From Thalassobaculaceae bacterium (GTDB lineage Bacteria > Pseudomonadota > Alphaproteobacteria > Thalassobaculales > Thalassobaculaceae), in NCBI GenBank assembly GCA_965228875.1, contig OZ245843.1, positions 664,616 through 728,615 of the forward strand: DNA of 64,000 nt. The letters are read 5' to 3'. The notes under the pieces were generated by a model, which was not told the DNA's origin, made no database searches, and was given only the letters and a program-made list of their open reading frames with translations. Each line of letters begins with the position of its first letter. Positions within the stretch are counted from its first letter, which is position 1. Made by a program: the position numbers and the translations under genes. This document shows, one piece after another, positions 58,288-64,000 of this stretch.

Positions 58288-58794
58288 ATGGCCCAGAACA
58301 CTCTTCCCTCGACGGTGCGAAATTCCGGCGTTCCCGTCGCGGCAGGCTCCGAGGCGGAAACCGGCCAGTTCGTCTCGATAACGATCGGCGGACAGGTGTT
58401 CGGCATCCCCGTGATGCTTGTGCACGACGTTCTCGGGCCGCAGCGGATCACCCGCATACCGCTCGCCCCGGCGGAGGTCGCGGGATCGCTGAACCTGCGC
58501 GGCCGCATCGTCACCGCCATTCACGTGCGCCGGCGCCTGGGGCTGGAACCGTTGTCGACCGACCGGGAAACGATGAGCGTCGTGGTCGAGCATCACGGCG
58601 ACCTGTACAGCCTGATCGTCGACTCCGTCGGCGAGGTGCTGACCCTCGACCTCGACCGGTTCGAGCCGCATCCGCCGACCATGCCGCCGCGCGTGCGAGA
58701 CATCTCCGCCGGCATCTATCAGCTCAAGGACGCGCTGCTGGTGGCGTTGGACGTGCCCAATCTGCTCGACTTCATCGGGCAGGAGACCGCATGA
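58288..58794 (+). CDS. cheW: CheW (copy 2)
   Basis: FGIPV, TRIPLAP, GSLNLRGRIVTAI, LIVDSVGEV. Confidence 0.93.
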   Translation: MAQNTLPSTVRNSGVPVAAGSEAETGQFVSITIGGQVFGIPVMLVHDVLGPQRITRIPLAPAEVAGSLNLRGRIVTAIHVRRRLGLEPLSTDRETMSVVVEHHGDLYSLIVDSVGEVLTLDLDRFEPHPPTMPPRVRDISAGIYQLKDALLVALDVPNLLDFIGQETA

Positions 58795-58855
58795 TGTTCG
58801 ATGCGGATGTGAGGAAGAACAGCGAAGCCCCAAAAGGGGATGCGAGGCGACGCCG

Positions 58856-59221
58856 ATGAAGTCCTGTCTGGTTGTCGACGACTCCAAGGTCGTGCGCATG
58901 GTGGCACGCCGGATCCTCCAAGGTCTCGAGTTCGAGATCGAGGAGGCGGCGGACGGCAAGCAGGCGCTGGAGGCGTGCGAGAAACGGCTGCCCGACGCGA
59001 TCCTGCTGGACTGGAACATGCCGGTCATGAACGGGATCGAGTTCCTGCGCGCCCTGCGGAAGATGCCAGGCGGCGATGCCCCGATCGTGGTGTTCTGCAC
59101 GACGGAGAACGACCTCCAGCATATCCAGGAGGCCATCACCTCCGGCGCCAACGAATACATCATGAAACCGTTCGACAGCGACATCATCGCGACCAAGTTC
59201 CAGCAGGTCGGGTTGCTCTGA
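58856..59221 (+). CDS. cheY: CheY (copy 2)
   Basis: CLVVDDS, LLDWNMP, FCTTEND, YIMKPFD. Confidence 0.93.
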   Translation: MKSCLVVDDSKVVRMVARRILQGLEFEIEEAADGKQALEACEKRLPDAILLDWNMPVMNGIEFLRALRKMPGGDAPIVVFCTTENDLQHIQEAITSGANEYIMKPFDSDIIATKFQQVGLL

Positions 59222-60393
59222 TGGCGTTGGCACCGTCCCCGAAGCCTCCGAGGTCCAGCGATCCGTACCGGGTGATGCTGGTCGATGATTCGGCGGTGAT
59301 CCGGGGTCTCTTCGCGCGCTCGCTCGAGACCGACCCCGAGGTCCAGATCGTCGCGTCGGTGGGCGACGGCCAGATGGCGGTGAACACCCTGGCCAAGGAC
59401 AAGGCGAAGATCGAGGTCATCGTCCTGGATATCGAAATGCCACGGATGGACGGGCTGACGGCGCTTCCGGAACTGCTGAAGATCGATCCCGACGTGCCCG
59501 TCGTCATGGCGTCGACCCTGACGGCGCGCAATGCCGACATCTCGCTCAAGGCGTTGTCGCTCGGCGCCAAGGACTACATCCCGAAGCCGAGCAGTACGCG
59601 CGAGCTTTCCGCCGCCGAGGCGTTCAAGCGCGAACTGCTGGAGAAGGTCAAGACCTTCGCCGCCGCGCGTCGCCGCAAGGCGGGTGGCACGGCGCCGAGC
59701 CGACCGCGGTTCTCGGCAGACCGTCGCCCGGCCGAAGCGCGGCCGGCGCCGGCCTCCGCGGCGGCCCCGAGACCGGCGACGTCGGTACAGACCAGGCCGG
59801 CCGGCCGGCGCGCGCCCCAGGTGTTGTGCATCGGCAGTTCCACCGGCGGGCCGCAGGCGCTGTTCAAGGTGCTTGGCGGCCTGTCGAAGACCCTGCGTCT
59901 GCCGATCCTGCTGACCCAGCACATGCCGGCGACCTTCACCGCCATCCTCGCCGACCACATCAAGAGATCGACCGGCTGGGATTGCGTCGAGGCGACGGAC
60001 GGGATGCCGGTGACCGCCGGGCGGGTTCATCTCGCCCCCGGCGATTTCCACATGACGGCGGAGCGCGGCGGCAGCGGCGCGGTGCTCCGGCTCAATCAGG
60101 GGCCGCCCGAGAACTTCTGCCGGCCCGCGGTCGATCCCATGCTGCGCAGTGCCGTCGAGGTCTGGAACGGTCAGGTGCTGGCGCTGATCCTCACCGGCAT
60201 GGGCCATGACGGCCAGAAGGGGGCCGAAGCGCTGGTCAATGCCGGCGGCACCGTGATCGCTCAGGACGAGGCGTCCAGCGTGGTATGGGGCATGCCGGGC
60301 GCCGTCGCCCGGGCCGGCCTGTGCACCGCCGTGTTGCCGCTGGATCAGATCGCCTCTTGGATCGACCGGCAGACCGCCAGGTGGGCGGCATGA
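59221..60393 (+). CDS. cheB: Chemotaxis methylesterase CheB
   Basis: Receiver (LDIEMP), GSSTGGP, QHMP, RPAVD, LTGMGHDG, VVWGMP. Confidence 0.95.
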   Translation: MALAPSPKPPRSSDPYRVMLVDDSAVIRGLFARSLETDPEVQIVASVGDGQMAVNTLAKDKAKIEVIVLDIEMPRMDGLTALPELLKIDPDVPVVMASTLTARNADISLKALSLGAKDYIPKPSSTRELSAAEAFKRELLEKVKTFAAARRRKAGGTAPSRPRFSADRRPAEARPAPASAAAPRPATSVQTRPAGRRAPQVLCIGSSTGGPQALFKVLGGLSKTLRLPILLTQHMPATFTAILADHIKRSTGWDCVEATDGMPVTAGRVHLAPGDFHMTAERGGSGAVLRLNQGPPENFCRPAVDPMLRSAVEVWNGQVLALILTGMGHDGQKGAEALVNAGGTVIAQDEASSVVWGMPGAVARAGLCTAVLPLDQIASWIDRQTARWAA

Positions 60394-61226
60394 GGACCGC
60401 AGACTTCGAGCTGCTGGCTAAGCTGCTGAAGGACCGGTCCGGCCTCATGGTCACGCCCGAGAAGGCATACCTGCTGGAGAACCGGCTTCAGCCCGTCGCC
60501 CGGAAATGGGGGCTCGAGACTCTGGACGCCCTGGTCGGCAAACTGCGGGGGCGCGGCGAGGAGAAGCTGATCAAGGACGTGGTCGATGCGATGACCACGA
60601 ACGAGTCGCTGTTCTTCCGCGACATGAAGCCGTTCGACAACCTGCGCGACCTCCTGCTGCCGGAACTGATGAAGGCCCGGGCGTCGACCAAGCGGATCCG
60701 GATCTGGTGCGCCGCCTGCTCGAGCGGGCAGGAGCCCTACTCGATCGCGATGCTGCTCACCGAACTCGGCGCCAAGGTGGCGGGGTGGCGCTTCGAGATC
60801 CTGGCGACCGACCTGTCCAGCGAGATCATTGCCAAGGCCAAGGCGGGTGCCTACTCGCAGTTCGAGGTGCAGCGCGGTCTGCCCATCACGATGCTGGTCA
60901 AGTACTTCTCCCAGGACGGAGACAAGTGGCAGATCAGCGACAAGATCCGCACCATGGTCCAGTATCGCGAGTTCAACCTCCTCGACCACCCGCGCGCGCT
61001 GGGTCAGTTCGACGTGGTGTTCTGCCGCAACGTGCTGATCTATTTCGATCAACCGACCAAGGGCAAGGTCCTCGGGGGGATCGCCGATCAGATGGCGGCG
61101 GATGGCGGGCTTTACCTCGGCGGGGCGGAGACGGTGCTCGGCATCACCGACCGGTTCGAGCCGATTCCCGGTCAGCGGGGCGTCTATCGCCTGTCGCAGA
61201 AAACCGCGGTGAAGGCTTCGGCTTAG
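60390..61226 (+). CDS. cheR: CheR (copy 2)
   Basis: MTTNESLFFRD, SSGQEPYS, CRNVLIYFD; ATGA overlap with cheB. Confidence 0.95.
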   Translation: MRTADFELLAKLLKDRSGLMVTPEKAYLLENRLQPVARKWGLETLDALVGKLRGRGEEKLIKDVVDAMTTNESLFFRDMKPFDNLRDLLLPELMKARASTKRIRIWCAACSSGQEPYSIAMLLTELGAKVAGWRFEILATDLSSEIIAKAKAGAYSQFEVQRGLPITMLVKYFSQDGDKWQISDKIRTMVQYREFNLLDHPRALGQFDVVFCRNVLIYFDQPTKGKVLGGIADQMAADGGLYLGGAETVLGITDRFEPIPGQRGVYRLSQKTAVKASA

Positions 61227-61234
61227 AACGCGAA

Positions 61235-61254
61235 CGGCGGCCCTGAGGCCGCCG
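61235..61254. terminator. Hairpin between convergent cheR and ctrA
   Basis: CGGCGGCC-CTGA-GGCCGCCG. Confidence 0.55.
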
Positions 61255-61300
61255 CGGTACGCTGTCCGGGGAGTGAGGGGAGAGGTGGCGAACGCGTGCC

Positions 61301-61999
61301 TCAGGCGGCGTCGCTCTTCACCTCGTTCGGATCGCGGAGCACGTAGCCCCGGCCCCACACCGTCTCGATGTAGTTGTCGCCGCCCGTCGCGTTCGACAGC
61401 TTCTTGCGCAGCTTGCAGATGAACACATCGATGATCTTCAACTCCGGCTCGTCCATGCCGTTGTAAAGGTGATTGAGGAACATCTCCTTGGTCAACGTCG
61501 TGCCCTTGCGCAACGACAGCAGTTCAAGGATGCCGTATTCCTTGCCGGTCAGGTGCAGCGGCTGGCCTTCCACCTCCACCGAGCGGCTGTCCAGGTTCAC
61601 CTGGAGCTTGCCGGTGGCGATGATCGACTCGCTGTGACCCATGGAGCGCCGAACGATCGCCTGGATCCGGGCGAGCAGTTCGCGGCGGTCGAACGGCTTG
61701 GTGACGTAGTCGTCGGCGCCGTAGCCCAGGCCCTTGATCTTGGCGTCGAGCTCCGACAGGCCGGAAAGGATCAGGATCGGCGTCTTGACCCGAGCCTGGC
61801 GCAGCCGCTTGAGGACGTCATAGCCGTCCATGTCCGGCAGCATGAGGTCCAACAGGATGATGTCGTAGTCGTAGAGCTTACCGATCTCGAGGCCGTCCTC
61901 GCCGGCCTCGGCCCGATCTACAACCCAACCTTCGGCGGACAGCATGAGTTCGATACTGCGCGCCACCGCATCTTCGTCTTCGACAAGCAGAATTCGCAT
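61301..61999 (-). CDS. ctrA: Cell-cycle/motility response regulator CtrA
   Basis: [63 protein letters not shown]. Confidence 0.97.
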   Translation of the reverse strand: MRILLVEDEDAVARSIELMLSAEGWVVDRAEAGEDGLEIGKLYDYDIILLDLMLPDMDGYDVLKRLRQARVKTPILILSGLSELDAKIKGLGYGADDYVTKPFDRRELLARIQAIVRRSMGHSESIIATGKLQVNLDSRSVEVEGQPLHLTGKEYGILELLSLRKGTTLTKEMFLNHLYNGMDEPELKIIDVFICKLRKKLSNATGGDNYIETVWGRGYVLRDPNEVKSDAA

Positions 62000-62030
62000 C
62001 GGCGTTTCTCCCTTCGATCCCACCTGGACG

Positions 62031-62063
62031 TTAAGGGACGTAGCTTAAAAGAAAGGTTAACGC
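62031..62063 (-). promoter_or_regulatory. CtrA-type sites in the ctrA/fliI divergent promoter
   Basis: Three TTAA half-sites (62031, 62045, 62057); minus strand reads GCGTTAA-CCTTTCT-TTTA. Confidence 0.6.
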
Positions 62064-62133
62064 CAAGCGGCGCTTCGTGCCTAGCCGTAGGCTGTGCTAG
62101 TCTGTGAAATCCCTTCGGATCAAGGAGTTGGCC

Positions 62134-63477
62134 GTGGCCACCCTGTTGAAGCACCTGGCAAGCGATATCGAAAAGATTCCTGAATTTCGCCTTTATGGCC
62201 GGGTGACCGCGGTTCTCGGCATGATGGTCGAGATCGGCGGGGTGGAGCGCGCGCTGTCTATCGGCGACCGATGTTTCGTCCAGGCGAGGGGCAATCGGAT
62301 GGTCGCCTGCGAGGTCGTCGGCTTCCGCGACGGCCGCGCTCTCGCCATGCCCTTCGGTCCCCTCGAAGGGGTCGGCATCGGCTCCCGTGCGCAGATCTCC
62401 GACGCCGAGCCGGTGATCTATCCCGACGACTCCTGGCTCGGCCGCGTGGTCGACGCCATGGGCCGGGCGATCGACGAGAACGGACCCCTGGCCGAAGGGG
62501 CGGAGGCCTATCCGCTGCGCAACAACCCGCCGCCGGCTCATCGGCGCCAGCGGGTGGGCGCCAAGATCGATGTCGGTGTGCGCGCCATCAATCAGTTCAT
62601 CTCGATCTGCAACGGCCAGCGCATGGGCATCTTCGCCGGATCCGGCGTCGGCAAGTCGGTCCTGATGGCGATGCTGGCGCGGTTCGCCAGTACGGACGTG
62701 TTCGTGATCGGCCTGATCGGCGAGCGCGGCCGCGAGGTGCAGGAGTTCATCCAGGACTATCTCGGTGAGGAGGGCATGCGCCGCTCCGTCGTTGTCGTCG
62801 CCACGTCGGACGAGAGCCCGCTCATGCGGCGCCAGGCGGCGTATCTGACGCTGTCGGTCGCCGAGTACTTCCGGGACCGTGGCAAGCAGGTGCTGTGCAT
62901 GATGGACAGCGTGACCCGGTTCGCCATGGCGCAGCGCGAGATCGGTCTGGCGACCGGCGAACCGCCAGCGTCCAAAGGGTACACGCCGACCGTGTTCGCC
63001 GAGTTGCCGCGGCTGCTGGAGCGGGCGGGCCCGGGCGTGGCCGAGGGGTCGATCACCGGCCTGTTCAGCGTGCTGGTTGAGGGCGACGACCACAACGAGC
63101 CGATTTCCGACGCGGTGCGCGGCATTCTGGACGGCCACGTCGTGCTGGAACGGGCGATCGCCGACCGGGGCCGCTACCCGGCGATCAACATCCTGCGGTC
63201 GGTCTCGCGGATGATGCCGGACTGCAACACCCAGGAGCAGACGGCCCTGCTGCGCCGGGCCCGGGCGCTGATGTCGACCTACGACGACATGGCCGACATG
63301 ATCCGGCTTGGCGCCTATCGCCGCGGCAGCGATCCCCAGGTGGACGAGGCGATCCGCTACCACGATGCGCTGGAGGGGTTCCTGAACCAGGACAAGGACG
63401 ACAACGCCGATCTCGACGACGGTTACCGGCAGCTTGCGGAGATCCTCGGCTTCGATGCCGAGGCACCGGCCGCGTGA
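62134..63477 (+). CDS. fliI: Flagellar export ATPase FliI
   Basis: GQRMGIFAGSGVGKS, IGERGREV, MDSVTRFAMAQREIGL, GYTPTVF; GTG start after AAGGAG. Confidence 0.96.
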   Translation: MATLLKHLASDIEKIPEFRLYGRVTAVLGMMVEIGGVERALSIGDRCFVQARGNRMVACEVVGFRDGRALAMPFGPLEGVGIGSRAQISDAEPVIYPDDSWLGRVVDAMGRAIDENGPLAEGAEAYPLRNNPPPAHRRQRVGAKIDVGVRAINQFISICNGQRMGIFAGSGVGKSVLMAMLARFASTDVFVIGLIGERGREVQEFIQDYLGEEGMRRSVVVVATSDESPLMRRQAAYLTLSVAEYFRDRGKQVLCMMDSVTRFAMAQREIGLATGEPPASKGYTPTVFAELPRLLERAGPGVAEGSITGLFSVLVEGDDHNEPISDAVRGILDGHVVLERAIADRGRYPAINILRSVSRMMPDCNTQEQTALLRRARALMSTYDDMADMIRLGAYRRGSDPQVDEAIRYHDALEGFLNQDKDDNADLDDGYRQLAEILGFDAEAPAA

Positions 63478-63500
63478 TCGGCTAGCGCGGAGCTTCGCCG

Positions 63501-63923
63501 ATGCGGCCGTTCGACACGCTGATCGAGCTGTCCGAGAACCAGCTCGACGAGAAGCGCAAACATCTCGCGGGGCTGGAGGAGACGCTGGCGGCTGCGGTCG
63601 AGCACCGTGCGGCCCTGGACGAGGAACTGGCGCACGAGCAGCAGGTGACGTCCCAGGACACCGCGGTCGGCTTCGCCTACGGCGCCTACGCGAACCACCT
63701 GATCCAGCGGCGCGAACAGGCCGACGCCGCGGTCGCCGAGGCGGAAAAGGCGGTGGAGGAGGCGCGGGAAGTTGTGCGCGAGGCGTTCGCGGAACTGCGG
63801 CGCTATGAGATGGCGCACGAGGCGCGGCTGGAGAAGCTGCGCAAGGAGCAGGAGGCGAAGGCCCAGATGGAGCTGGACGAGATCGCCGGCAACCTGCTCC
63901 GGCGACGGGACGAGCGGATGTGA
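63501..63923 (+). CDS. fliJ: Flagellar export chaperone FliJ
   Basis: Coiled-coil protein directly after fliI; EAFAELRRYE, ELDEIA. Confidence 0.85.
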   Translation: MRPFDTLIELSENQLDEKRKHLAGLEETLAAAVEHRAALDEELAHEQQVTSQDTAVGFAYGAYANHLIQRREQADAAVAEAEKAVEEAREVVREAFAELRRYEMAHEARLEKLRKEQEAKAQMELDEIAGNLLRRRDERM

Positions 63924-63944
63924 TCCCGCTAAGCCATTAAGGAC

Positions 63945-63995
63945 AGAGCATAGTCACACGAGAAGATGTTCCCATCTGAACGCGGTTGGCACTAT
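63945..63995. repeat. Degenerate copy of the 10451-10497 palindromic element
   Basis: AGAGCA...AGATGTTCCCATCTGAACGCGG versus reverse complement of copy 1, AGAGCA...AGATGTTTTCATCTGATCGCGG. Confidence 0.55.
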
Positions 63996-64000
63996 CGGGC

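Overview
High-GC alphaproteobacterial chromosomal region, Rhodospirillales-like judging by the chpT-che-ctrA-fliI-fliJ synteny. It is gene-dense, and I see no rRNA, tRNA, CRISPR array, transposase or prophage. In order it holds: polyamine ABC genes and aguB; a Pho-box-flanked glpQ/ugpBAEC glycerophosphodiester locus; MarC, PrpD and SDR genes; a PilZ-tailed chemoreceptor; a Liv-type ABC transporter divergent from an XRE/ScfR regulator - single-domain receiver - small membrane protein - SLC5/STAC histidine kinase operon; an RTX-repeat S8 protease; a GntR + TRAP unit; a cheWYR cassette; soxBDAG; NAD kinase, moaA and mobA; two tandem TIGR04372-like glycosyltransferases behind an acyl-CoA ligase/citryl-CoA-lyase-like pair; a bdcA/bdcR-like pair; and the chpT-cheWYBR-ctrA-fliI-fliJ block. 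The most interesting observation is that the XRE/ScfR transcription factor carries an internal HisKA (DHp)-like segment. It aligns without gaps to the H-box of the neighbouring kinase (16 of 50 identical by hand count, including the His and the RSxSEIL receiver-docking face), which suggests a kinase -> receiver -> DHp-bearing transcription factor relay controlling carboxylate uptake. Also notable are two chemotaxis cassettes that both lack cheA, and a set of CtrA-type boxes in front of uncharacterised genes. All product calls come from motif recognition by eye; no database searches were run.
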